Shown here one piece after another: positions 25,781 to 35,503 of a stretch of DNA of 51,497 bases. The position numbers were made by a program, and so were the translations under genes. The stretch covers positions 1 through 51,497 of the forward strand of contig CBDVCA010000004.1 in the NCBI GenBank assembly GCA_965372365.1. Reading direction: 5' to 3'. Below the pieces are notes generated by a model that did not search any database, had not been told where the DNA came from, and saw only the letters and a list, made by a program, of their open reading frames with translations. Every line of letters begins with the position of its first letter. The first letter of the stretch is position 1. This DNA comes from an uncultured bacterium. GTDB lineage: Bacteria; Planctomycetota; Phycisphaerae; SM23-33; FEN-1343.

Positions 25781-27580
25781 CTAGTCATCCCCGATTTCCA
25801 GCACGGCCATGAAGGCTTTTTGGGGGATTTCGACGTTGCCGACCATTTTCATTCGCTTCTTGCCGGCTTTCTGCTTTTCCAGCAGCTTGCGTTTGCGGCT
25901 GATGTCGCCGCCGTAGCATTTGGCGGTGACGTTCTTGCGAAGGGCTCTGATGGTCTCGCGCGCGATAATACGTCCTCCGATCGCGGCCTGGATGGGGATC
26001 TCGAACATGTGACGGGAGATCTCTCTCCGTAGTCGGATGATGAGCTTGCGGCCGCGGTTGTCGGCTTTGGAGCGGTGGACGATCACGCTGAGCGGCTCGA
26101 CCTTCAGGTCGTTGATGAGAATGTCCATCTTCACCAGGTCGTTGGCGCGGAACCCGGTGACTTCGTAGTCCATGGTCCCGTAGCCGCGGGTGGCGCTCTT
26201 GAGTTTGTCGTAGAAGTCGTAGATCACTTCGGCCAGGGGGAAATCGAACGTCAGGATCACCCGATCGGCCGAGAGGTATTCGGTCTTCTTGTAGGTCGCC
26301 CGGCGATCGAGCGACAGTTGCATGATGGCCCCGATGCAGTCGGCCGGGACGATGAGGTTCACGTCGGCGACCGGTTCGCGGATCTCCTCGATCACGCTGG
26401 GGTCGGGCAGATCGCCGGCCGAATCGACTTCGATCACCTCGCCGCTGGTGGTGAGCACCTCGTACGGGACGGTGGGGGCGGTTTGCACAATGTCGACCCC
26501 GCTTTCGCGTTCGAGTCGTTCCTGGACGATCTCCATGTGCAGCAGGCCGAGGAATCCGCAGCGGAAGCCGAACCCGAGGGCCTCGCCGCTGGTGGGGACG
26601 AAGGTGAGGGCGGCGTCGTTCAGTTGCAGTCGCAGCAGGGCTTCGCGAAGGTCGGGGTATTGGGTTTCGGGTCCGCAGTAAAAGTCGCTGAAGACCATCT
26701 GCTGCGGCGCCCGGTAGCCGGGGAGGGCCTCGGGGGCCTTGCGGTTCTCGCCGGTGACGGTGTCGCCGACATGCACATCGCTCAGTGCGCGGATATTGGC
26801 GACGACGTAGCCCACCTCGCCGGCGCTGAGCCGCTTGACGGCGGTGGGCTTGGGGGTGTGTTTGCCCAGCTCGCTGATCTGGAAGACCCCGCCGGTGGCC
26901 ATCATGCGGATCTTATCGCCGACCGCCAGTTCACCGTCGACGACGCGGACGTAGATCACCACGCCGCGGTAGTCGTTGTACTTGCTGTCGAAGATCAGCG
27001 CCCGCGCCGGGGCGTCGGGGTCGCCTGCGGGGGGGGGCAGCTTGTCGATGATCGCTTTGATGAGCGGGTCGATTCCCTTGCCGCTCTTGGCCGAGCAGTA
27101 GATCGCATCTTCGGCCGGGTCCCCCAGCAGATGCTCGATCTCCATGGCCACGTCGTCGGGCCGGGCCGACGGCAGGTCGATCTTGTTGACCACCGAGACG
27201 ATCTCCAGCCCGCCCTCGACGGCCAGGTAGGCGTTGGCCACCGTCTGGGCCTCGACCCCCTGTGCGGCGTCGACGACCAGAATGGCCCCCTCGCACGCCT
27301 GCAACGCCCGGCTCACCTCGTAATGAAAATCCACGTGCCCGGGCGTATCGATCAGGTTGAACATGTACTTCTGCCCGTCGAGGGTCGACTCCAGCGTCAC
27401 CGCTGACGCTTTGATCGTAATCCCTCGCTCACGCTCGAGATCCATATCGTCGAGCAACTGATCGCGGAACTCGCGGTCGGTAATCGCCCCCATGCTCAGC
27501 ATCAGCCGGTCGGCCAGGCTGCTCTTGCCGTGGTCGATGTGGGCGACAATGCTGAAGTTTCGAATATTCTTGGGGTCCAT
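25781..27580 (-). CDS. lepA: Translation elongation factor 4 (LepA)
   Basis: IRNFSIVAHIDHGKS, ERERGITIK, DTPGH, NKID, KCYGGDISRKRKLLEKQK; start at MDPKN after GAGG. Confidence 0.98.
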   Translation of the reverse strand: MDPKNIRNFSIVAHIDHGKSSLADRLMLSMGAITDREFRDQLLDDMDLERERGITIKASAVTLESTLDGQKYMFNLIDTPGHVDFHYEVSRALQACEGAILVVDAAQGVEAQTVANAYLAVEGGLEIVSVVNKIDLPSARPDDVAMEIEHLLGDPAEDAIYCSAKSGKGIDPLIKAIIDKLPPPAGDPDAPARALIFDSKYNDYRGVVIYVRVVDGELAVGDKIRMMATGGVFQISELGKHTPKPTAVKRLSAGEVGYVVANIRALSDVHVGDTVTGENRKAPEALPGYRAPQQMVFSDFYCGPETQYPDLREALLRLQLNDAALTFVPTSGEALGFGFRCGFLGLLHMEIVQERLERESGVDIVQTAPTVPYEVLTTSGEVIEVDSAGDLPDPSVIEEIREPVADVNLIVPADCIGAIMQLSLDRRATYKKTEYLSADRVILTFDFPLAEVIYDFYDKLKSATRGYGTMDYEVTGFRANDLVKMDILINDLKVEPLSVIVHRSKADNRGRKLIIRLRREISRHMFEIPIQAAIGGRIIARETIRALRKNVTAKCYGGDISRKRKLLEKQKAGKKRMKMVGNVEIPQKAFMAVLEIGDD

Positions 27581-27781
27581 GCGATACCTCACGTCTCTGG
27601 GTGTGCCGAACGGCACATTGTACACGAAAACGCGGGCTGGACAAGGTGAAGCGAAACGATCTTCAAGCCCGACTTCCGTGTCTGTTCAGTCATCGCCTGC
27701 TTTCGCCGCAACCCAAGATCGTGTAAGATCGGTCGCTCACAAGGGTATACATTCTTGACCACCCACTTTGCACGTTTGTGC

Positions 27782-27810
27782 TTGGCAGATGTTAAGTTGT
27801 AGGTTAACAT
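27782..27810 (+). promoter_or_regulatory. TA operon promoter with inverted-repeat operator
   Basis: TTGGCA-N17-TAACAT; ATGTTAA…TTAACAT inverted repeat at 27789-27810. Confidence 0.55.
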
Positions 27811-27811
27811 T

Positions 27812-28177
27812 GTGGTAAGAAATGACGACATACTGGTAGCCGAGGGTAGCCACTTTGCCATCCAGTTCGCAGAACGTGATAGTGGAAAGAAGCTCGCGAA
27901 AGAGTTCTGGGAGCAACTGGATGGGCGAACCCAGACACGCTTCCTTGTTCTGTTCCAAAGGCTCTGTGACACGGGGCGATTGAGCAGCCCCGATCAGTGG
28001 CGCAAAGTGGACGATGGCGTCAGGGAATTTAAACGCAGCGGTTACAGGATTTTCGCGTTCCGGGCTGGGGATGTGTGGTATCTGACAAACGGATTCAAGA
28101 AATCGAAGAAGAAGAAGCGTCAGAGTGAGGCGATTAGGCAGGCTGTGAGGATCAAGAACGAATGCATGGCTCGATAG
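27812..28177 (+). CDS. RelE/HigB-family (Gp49-like) toxin
   Basis: DGVREFK…YRIFAF…YLTNGFKK…EAIRQA pattern. Confidence 0.8.
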   Translation: MVRNDDILVAEGSHFAIQFAERDSGKKLAKEFWEQLDGRTQTRFLVLFQRLCDTGRLSSPDQWRKVDDGVREFKRSGYRIFAFRAGDVWYLTNGFKKSKKKKRQSEAIRQAVRIKNECMAR

Positions 28178-28204
28178 TGCGTTCGAGGCGACAGGAGTAC
28201 TACC

Positions 28205-28615
28205 ATGACAGAGACCCTTGTAGAGCAAATGACAAATGATCCCGAGGGCATGCGTCTTTATCAGCAGGAACGGGCGATCTTGGAACTGACCGAGATGATC
28301 TGGGAGATCATGGGTGAGCTTGACGTAAGCAAGTCGGAACTAGCCTCTCGGCTTGGCAAGTCGCGTGCTTATATCACCAAGCTTCTGGATGGAACCACGA
28401 ACATGACGGTTCGAACGATATCTGATGTGCTTAACGCACTCGCTCGCTCGCTTGGTTTCAAGGCAATCCCACGGAGCGCCAGTTTCCAGGAATGGGAACC
28501 AACGCTGACCGTCCTCCCATGGAATACTTCCGGATCGACAGCGGGGCCGACGTTCAAGGACGTTGGCCAAGCAGGAACGGATTCGTTGCGAAATGAGCAG
28601 CATCCTGCGGCATAG
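28205..28615 (+). CDS. XRE/HigA-type HTH antitoxin with C-terminal extension
   Basis: SKSELASRLGKSRAYITKLLDGTTNMTVRTI HTH; ~50 aa unstructured tail. Confidence 0.8.
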   Translation: MTETLVEQMTNDPEGMRLYQQERAILELTEMIWEIMGELDVSKSELASRLGKSRAYITKLLDGTTNMTVRTISDVLNALARSLGFKAIPRSASFQEWEPTLTVLPWNTSGSTAGPTFKDVGQAGTDSLRNEQHPAA

Positions 28616-28645
28616 CCCGGTACTCAAACTGACTGAGGTGGTGGA

Positions 28646-29179
28646 ATGTCGGCAAGCACCAAGAACAAGGAGGCGATACGCGACGGTATCGACCTCTCGC
28701 AAGTGGTAGAACTGCAAGATGTGTACGTGAGTTCGGCGGATTGTAGCCGAGAGACTTCCGTGCCAGTCGGCTCATTGCTCGCGCAGATGTCGCGCAAGGC
28801 TGAGGCTTGGTTTGATCCAGATGAAAGTGTTGTGCAGGTCATCGCTGGTTTTCGCTTGGACGGTTTCATCCCGTCTAAAGAGAACGAAGAGGTGACCGAA
28901 GGCGGCAATGAAGTTGCCCATGTCGAAGCTTCTTTTGTCCTTAGGTACGGCGTTCCAAGTGGCACGAAGGTTACGAAGAATGCCTTGGCTGAATTCGCAT
29001 CCCAGAATGGCGTTTTCAACGCTTGGCCGTATTGGCGAGAGTATCTTCACGCGACTACCGCCAGAATGGGCTTGCCTGGCTTCGTTTGCCCGGTTTTGCG
29101 AATCGGGGCAGGGCGAGAGAGAGCCAAGCCAACCGTGACGAAGAAACGTGCAAAGACAGCGCGATCGAAAAGTGAGTAA
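28646..29179 (+). CDS. SecB-like chaperone (TAC system)
   Basis: F…NG.FNAWPYWREYLH..T.RMGLP is the SecB-like signature; third gene of the TA operon. Confidence 0.8.
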   Translation: MSASTKNKEAIRDGIDLSQVVELQDVYVSSADCSRETSVPVGSLLAQMSRKAEAWFDPDESVVQVIAGFRLDGFIPSKENEEVTEGGNEVAHVEASFVLRYGVPSGTKVTKNALAEFASQNGVFNAWPYWREYLHATTARMGLPGFVCPVLRIGAGRERAKPTVTKKRAKTARSKSE

Positions 29180-29763
29180 AAGGCTCAGGTCGCCTGTATT
29201 GCCAATGACTGGTCGCCTTGACGTTGGGGCCGCTCAGGCGGGCCGCGTGGGGTCGGCCCGACGTGGGGCAGTGGCGTCGCAAAGGGTATAAACCAACCAA
29301 GGCGGACGAATTCCGGAGCCTCAGGACCTTCCGGCCCTGGGCGTCGCGGCTGAGGAGAGCCTTGGCGGCGACGGGCCCTGGGGCACGTTTCTCACCTCAC
29401 TCAAGTCGATTATTCGCCGGGACATCGACATCGACAACGCCGCGGGGCCGGCGGGGCGCAAAAAAGGAGGAACGACGCCAGGGAGGGGTGGCCCTTTTGT
29501 CGTTCCTGTTAGCTGCACGGAGGTACGAGCCTCGGGGGAAAGCTCGCACCTGTGGGGTGTACAGCCCGAAGCATGCTTCATTGACTACTACGAAAGCGTT
29601 CTCGGCAGAGTTCTTGCGATGTCGCTCATACGCGGCCGGTTCGCGCAGGCGCCGCGTCAGTAGAAGGTAGCGCCGCCTGGTTTTTCTCGCTCTCGCTCCC
29701 GACGGCGCGGTCAGTTGGTGAGGCGGCGTTGTCGCAACGGGAGCCGGCCCCTAAAATCAAGGT

Positions 29764-31212
29764 ATGATAGAGAACCCTGGGGGCCGAAGAAAACTGCGTC
29801 TGATCAATCCGCGAAGCGCGCTGTCGACGATCACGATGCCCGAGATCATCCAGAAGATGACCTTCTCCAGAAGGGCGTTGTTCATGCCGCTGAACCTGGC
29901 GATTTGTGCGGCGGTGGTTCCCGACGGCTGGGACGTCGAGATTGTCGATGAGAATCTCACCGACGCCCCGCACGCGCCGGTCGCCGACGTCGACGCCGTG
30001 GGTATCGGGGCGATGACCACCCAGGCCAAGCGGGCGTACGCGTTGGCCGACGCGTACAAGGCGCTCGGCGTACCGGTGATTCTCGGCGGCATCCACGCAT
30101 CGGCCCTGCCCGACGAGGCCGCCGAGCACGCCGCCATCGTCTGCCGCGGCGACGCCGAAGCCACGCTGCCGCGGGCGCTGAACGATCTGGTCGCCGGCCA
30201 TCCCAAGCGAATCTACGATTGGACCGAGGACCCTGACGCACCGATCGCCACGCCGCGTAAGGACTTGCTCGACCCGGCCGATTACCTCGTCTTCAACCCC
30301 ATCCAGACCACTCGCGGCTGCCCGCACGGGTGCAGCTTCTGCACGACCCCGGCGGTCTTCGGCCGCAAGTTTCGCCAGCGGGACATCGGGGCGATCATCG
30401 ACGAAATCGCCGAAGCTCACGAGCGGTTCGGAACCGGGACGTTCATCTTCAGCGACGACGACGTCGCCGGCGATCATGAGTGGGCGATGGAATTGTTCGA
30501 GCGTCTCAAGCCGCTGAAGGTTCAGTGGGCCAGCCAGTGCGACGCTCTGATCGCCGACAATGACAGGTTGCTGGCCGCGATGCGCGACAGCGGCTGCATC
30601 GGCGTGATCCTGGGCCTGGAGAGCCCTCGCGGCGAGACGCTCATCGGCGCCGGCAAGCGGTATATACGCGCCGAGACGTACGCCGAACGGATCCGCAAGA
30701 TCCAGTCCTACGATATCAGCATGTGGGGTTCGTTCATCTTCGGCTTCGACACCGATGACTGGCGCGACTGCATGGCCGCGGTGCGTTTCGCCCAGCGGAC
30801 CAACCTGGCGATGAGTTGCTACCCGATCCTCACGCCGTACCCCGGCACGCAGATTTTCGAGCAGTACCGCCGCGAGGGGCGGCTTCTCACCACCGATTGG
30901 GACAAGTACAACGGTTCGACCGTCGTCTTCGCTCCCGAGCGAATGAGCATCAACGAACTGCGCCACGCTCAGATGGCCGCGTTCCACGAGTTTTACACGC
31001 TCAGCAGCGCCGTCAAGCGTCTGAGGGTATGGCCGTTCAAGAAGAACTCCTACCTGACCAACCTGGCCATCTGGCGCGGGATCAGCTACTACTACACCAA
31101 GCAGGCCCGCCCCCTGCCCCGCTTCGCCGACTTCGCCGCCCCCGACGCCGCCGAGCGCATCGCACGATCGCTGGGGGAGCGTCGCGGCGTCGCGACGGCT
31201 CCGATCGTATGA
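29764..31212 (+). CDS. B12-binding-domain radical SAM protein
   Basis: PVILGGIHAS B12 domain; RGCPHGCSFC; GLES; TPYPGT. Confidence 0.92.
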   Translation: MIENPGGRRKLRLINPRSALSTITMPEIIQKMTFSRRALFMPLNLAICAAVVPDGWDVEIVDENLTDAPHAPVADVDAVGIGAMTTQAKRAYALADAYKALGVPVILGGIHASALPDEAAEHAAIVCRGDAEATLPRALNDLVAGHPKRIYDWTEDPDAPIATPRKDLLDPADYLVFNPIQTTRGCPHGCSFCTTPAVFGRKFRQRDIGAIIDEIAEAHERFGTGTFIFSDDDVAGDHEWAMELFERLKPLKVQWASQCDALIADNDRLLAAMRDSGCIGVILGLESPRGETLIGAGKRYIRAETYAERIRKIQSYDISMWGSFIFGFDTDDWRDCMAAVRFAQRTNLAMSCYPILTPYPGTQIFEQYRREGRLLTTDWDKYNGSTVVFAPERMSINELRHAQMAAFHEFYTLSSAVKRLRVWPFKKNSYLTNLAIWRGISYYYTKQARPLPRFADFAAPDAAERIARSLGERRGVATAPIV

Positions 31213-31265
31213 CAATCACGCCTGCCCATTGTCTTCGCTCGGCCCACTCGCTAGGATAGCGCGCT

Positions 31266-32370
31266 ATGGTACGTGAAGATCTGCCCCATGCAATCGAGTC
31301 CCTTTGCGCCCGGATCATCCTGATTCGGGACTCTCTTTGACCTCGCTGCGCGCCAAGAGGCCATCGTCGCTCTCGAGGGGCGAATGGCCAAGCCCGGCTT
31401 CTGGGACGACCCGGAAAGCTCTCGCAAGGTCGTTGTCGAACTGAAGGCCCAGAAGGCGATTGTGACCCCGCTGACCGCCGCGGTGGCCGAGGCGGACGAT
31501 CTCAAGATGCTGATGGAGCTGGCCACCGAAGAGGACGACGCCGAAACGCTCGCCGAAGTCGACGCCGAGACGACCCGCCTGGAAGCGGCCGTCGACCGCC
31601 TCGAACTGGCTACGCTACTGAACGGCCCGCACGATCAGGCCGACTGCTACTTCTCCATCCAAGCCGGCGCCGGCGGCACCGACGCCCAGGACTGGGCCGA
31701 GATGCTGCTGCGAATGTTCCTGCGGTACTTCGAGCGGAACGGCTACGACGCCTCGGAGATCGACCGCGTCGATGGCGAAGAGGCCGGCCTCAAGAGCATC
31801 TCGCTGCACGTGACCGGTCCGTACGCCTACGGCTACCTCTCCTGCGAACGCGGCGTCCATCGCCTCGTCCGCCCCAGCCCCTTCAACGCTGATCACAAAC
31901 GCCAGACGTCGTTCTCGGCGGTGACGGTGCTGCCAGAGATGGACGAAATCGAAATCGACGTCGACTGGGCCAAGGACGTTCGCGAAGACACCTATCGCGC
32001 CAGCGGAGCAGGCGGCCAGCACGTCAACAAAACTTCCAGCGCCGTCCGGCTGACCCACGAGCCGACCGGCATTGTCGTGCAATGCCAGAACCAGCGCTCC
32101 CAGCACCAGAACCGCCACGTGGCTCGCAAGATGCTCACGGCCAAGGTGTACGAGTTGGAGCAGCGCAAGCGCGATAGCGAACTGGCCAAGCTCTACGGTG
32201 ACAAGGGCCAGATCGCCTGGGGCAACCAGATCCGCTCGTATGTGCTCGACGACCGCCGCGTGAAGGATCATCGCACCAACGTCGAAACCTTCAACCCCGA
32301 CAAGGTCCTCGACGGCGATATTCAGATGTTCATCGACGCGTATCTGCGCAAGCGGGCCGAGAAGAAGTAG
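31266..32370 (+). CDS. prfB: Peptide chain release factor 2 with programmed +1 frameshift
   Basis: ATG 31266, 24 codons to CTT-TGA-C (31335-31341), continuing in the +1 frame; SPF and GGQ motifs, WGNQIRSY. Confidence 0.96.
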
Positions 32371-32697
32371 GCCAGCGCATGTGGCTGGGGACGCGATCTG
32401 GTCTCCATATGTTCATTCAGGCGGCTTAACTAACATAAGGAATTCTCTTGTGTGCATTTTTCTGCAAAACCGAACATATGGAAATGCCCTACGTGCCGAA
32501 CGGGTCCGAAATGAACATATGACGATAACGTGATGTGTGGCAAGCGGTTGCGGTTGTTTCTGCGAGGCTGCCTCGGCCGCAATGTTCGCTGGGTATCCCA
32601 GATACTGTGGTTTGTGGGATGAATAGCCCCAAGATATGGGGTTCAGTGACGGACACCGCGCATCAATGCAGGATCGTTCTCCATTCAAGGCAACGTC

Positions 32698-33729
32698 ATG
32701 ACAGAAGCCTCGACATTCCCCCAAACCGACTGGGAGCGGGCCGCCCCCGAATCCCAAGGTATCGACGCCGCCAAGCTCGACGCGGCCATGGCGTGTATGG
32801 ACGAGTTCACGCTTGATGAGGGCGTCAGGCAGGCGCTGGTCGTTCGCAACGGGCGGATGATCTGGTGCGGCGACGATATCGACAATCTCCATCCGGTGTG
32901 GTCGTGCTCCAAGTCGTTCACGAGCATCTGCCTGGGACTGATGATCGACGACGGCGTCTGCACGCTGGACGAGCCGCTGGCCAAGTACGTCCCGGCGCTC
33001 GCCGAGCATTATGCCGATGCGACGATCCGGCATTTCGCCGGCTTCACTGTGGGGTACGCTCATCAGGACGATTCGACCGCCGGTGAGATCAGTCGGCCGT
33101 TCACGCCGGCGGCGCCGCTGTTCGCCCCCGGCAAGCGGTACGTGTACGGGATGGCCACCGACGTGCTGGGTCACGCGATCACGCGAATGGCCGGCCGGAC
33201 GATGAAGGAACTCTTCACCGAGCGCATCGCCGAGCCCATCGGGATGGACCCCGGCCAATGGACGTGGGGCAATTGGGGCGAGGTGGACGGCCGTCTCGTC
33301 AACGGCGGCTCCGGCAGCCACGCCAAGGGCGTGTGGATTACCGCTCGGCAGATCGCTCGCGTGGGGTGGCTGTTCGTCAATGAGGGGTGCTGGGCCGGCC
33401 GGCAGTTGCTCAGCCGCGAGTGGGTCGATGAATCGACCAAGCCGCAGTCCACCCCCGACACGCCCCCCCACGATCCCGACGCTTGGTACACGCGGCTGCC
33501 CGGTTCCTACGGCCTGAACTGGTGGGTCAACGGCGTCGCCCCCGACGGCAAGTTGCAATGGCCCGCCGCGACCGAGCGCACTTGCGCGATCCAGGGCAAT
33601 AACAACAACATCTGCTTCGTCATCCCCGAGTGGAACATGGTCGTCGTCCGCCTCGGCGCCGACGGCATCATCAGCACCGACCTGTACGATCGGTTCTTCG
33701 TGAAGATGCGCGAAGCGATGATGGACTGA
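32698..33729 (+). CDS. Serine hydrolase, beta-lactamase class C-like family
   Basis: SxxK (SCSK), F.PG…Y.Y, I.EP.GM, TAR.IAR.G.L, YG..WW. Confidence 0.85.
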   Translation: MTEASTFPQTDWERAAPESQGIDAAKLDAAMACMDEFTLDEGVRQALVVRNGRMIWCGDDIDNLHPVWSCSKSFTSICLGLMIDDGVCTLDEPLAKYVPALAEHYADATIRHFAGFTVGYAHQDDSTAGEISRPFTPAAPLFAPGKRYVYGMATDVLGHAITRMAGRTMKELFTERIAEPIGMDPGQWTWGNWGEVDGRLVNGGSGSHAKGVWITARQIARVGWLFVNEGCWAGRQLLSREWVDESTKPQSTPDTPPHDPDAWYTRLPGSYGLNWWVNGVAPDGKLQWPAATERTCAIQGNNNNICFVIPEWNMVVVRLGADGIISTDLYDRFFVKMREAMMD

Positions 33730-33747
33730 GCGGCCGCGGCGGGGGCT

Positions 33748-35394
33748 CTATTCGACTTTGCGCCCCACGAACAGCGTCGTATTCGTCGGCTCGTGGCGGA
33801 CCAGGTAGATGAACGGGCGATCGGCGGTGAAGGTCCGGTGTTGAATTTGTCCGCCGGAGTCGAAGATGAAGCCGGAGCCGGAGACGTCGACGAGGCCTGT
33901 GGCGCCCGTTGAGGCCGGAGGCACTTCGATGATTTGGGCCGTCGTCGCAGCGCCGGCGTCGACGCCGACTTCATCCAGGCTGACGGCGGCGCCGTGGTGG
34001 AGACTGGCGAGATAGCCATTGGCCAGCGATTCGGGGCCGAACAGCGCCGGCATCCCCATGTCGGCTAGTGCGGGGCCAAGGTTCTGTGCCTGCTGATCGG
34101 TCTGGAAAACCGGAAGCGTGACATCGACCTTGCAGGTTCTGAGGCCGGCGACGATTTCGTCGATCAACTCGCTTGACAGCGAGGTCTCGAAATCGGCGAA
34201 GCGCCCCTCCTCCGGAAGAAGGATCAGCATTGACAGGTCGCGCGATCCATCGAACGGCAGTTGCACGGCCCTGAAATGGGGCTCCAACGGCTCCACGGGT
34301 TCGGCAAAATGGGCGTACTCGGGACCAAGACTCGCGACCACGTCGTTCAGCGGGAGGAGTTCGCCGCGATGGTGGAACAGGTCGTACGTCTCATACGGAT
34401 TCAGGCCTAGCGCTTCGATCAGAGGTAAGTCCTCGACGGGCGGTTCGAATGCGGAGACCTCAGTTTCGTAGTCCAAAAACAACCAACCGTACAATGGTTT
34501 ATTGACAATGAACGTGGAGCTCTGATCCAAGTCGGAGAAGTTATCGTAGTACTGCAGGCTCGTCGTTCGAGACATGCCATCAACCGGGACGGTTCCGCCC
34601 TCCAATGGGGTGAAGAGCAGTTCGCCGTCATCGATGTGGAACTCGTTCCTCCACAGCGCGTGGAACAGCAGCGATGCGGCGATGGCGACCGTAGTCTGCT
34701 CGGTGACGGCGCCTTCGGGGAGCGATTCGTTCACGAGGCCGCCGGTGCTATGGTAGGCCCACTGGTTGATGGCGTCGCGAGACTCTTTGACCGCCTTGTT
34801 GAAATCGGCCCGTCGCACCGGTCGGCGCAGGTCGGTCATTGGCGAGAAGGCGAACGGCTTGCTCTCGTAGGTGACGGTCTGCGTCCATGCCGATGTGGCC
34901 ATTTCCAGCGCCAACTCCGATTTGTCCCAAGCACGCTCTACCGATTCGTTCATCGTCGACTGCACGGCGGTGAACGCCGCATGCAGTTGCTCGGGCGACA
35001 AGTCGAAGTGCATAGTGTCGGCCATCTGGGCGGCCGCTTCAGGGCCGACCACCCCGAAAAGCTCCGACAAGGCCAGAGAGATGCTGAACGGCGAGAATAC
35101 CAGATTCTCTGAAGGCGAATGCTCAGACAATTCGGCCAGCAGGTCAAAGGCGAAATCGTTATTGCCCGCAGCGAACGCTTCGGCCATTTCCTCTTGCGTC
35201 ATGCCCGTGCGGGCCGGCCCGTATACGACCGGAGAAGGATCGATCACCGCGCCGCACGGGTCGCCGCTGAACAGCCGACGTGGCTCAAGGGGTTCGTGGA
35301 CGGCGACAGCCGCCGGCGCATGGACACAAGCTCGACGTTGTCGACGCGGCCGAACATGCTTGGGGTCAGGCATAAGTTGCTCCCCTGGACTCAT
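33748..35394 (-). CDS. Serpin with N-terminal LEPR-XLL planctomycete motif
   Basis: EPLEPRRLFS; NLVFSPFSISLAL, INQW…T.G, F…W…F, SMLILLP, hinge E.GVDAGAAT, F.ADRPFIY. Confidence 0.9.
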   Translation of the reverse strand: MSPGEQLMPDPKHVRPRRQRRACVHAPAAVAVHEPLEPRRLFSGDPCGAVIDPSPVVYGPARTGMTQEEMAEAFAAGNNDFAFDLLAELSEHSPSENLVFSPFSISLALSELFGVVGPEAAAQMADTMHFDLSPEQLHAAFTAVQSTMNESVERAWDKSELALEMATSAWTQTVTYESKPFAFSPMTDLRRPVRRADFNKAVKESRDAINQWAYHSTGGLVNESLPEGAVTEQTTVAIAASLLFHALWRNEFHIDDGELLFTPLEGGTVPVDGMSRTTSLQYYDNFSDLDQSSTFIVNKPLYGWLFLDYETEVSAFEPPVEDLPLIEALGLNPYETYDLFHHRGELLPLNDVVASLGPEYAHFAEPVEPLEPHFRAVQLPFDGSRDLSMLILLPEEGRFADFETSLSSELIDEIVAGLRTCKVDVTLPVFQTDQQAQNLGPALADMGMPALFGPESLANGYLASLHHGAAVSLDEVGVDAGAATTAQIIEVPPASTGATGLVDVSGSGFIFDSGGQIQHRTFTADRPFIYLVRHEPTNTTLFVGRKVE

Positions 35395-35503
35395 ATTCCA
35401 CAGAATCTATCATCCCTACTATCGGCTATTCCGTGGGGGTGTTCAAGTACGTTCCGTCCAATATACTACACGTAATCTACGCACCCGTCAAGGACTAAAG
35501 GTT

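Noticed and set aside
29320-29345. SRP RNA from minus-strand CAGGGCCGGAAGG
   Set aside because: Lacks the following AGCAG of the conserved SRP helix
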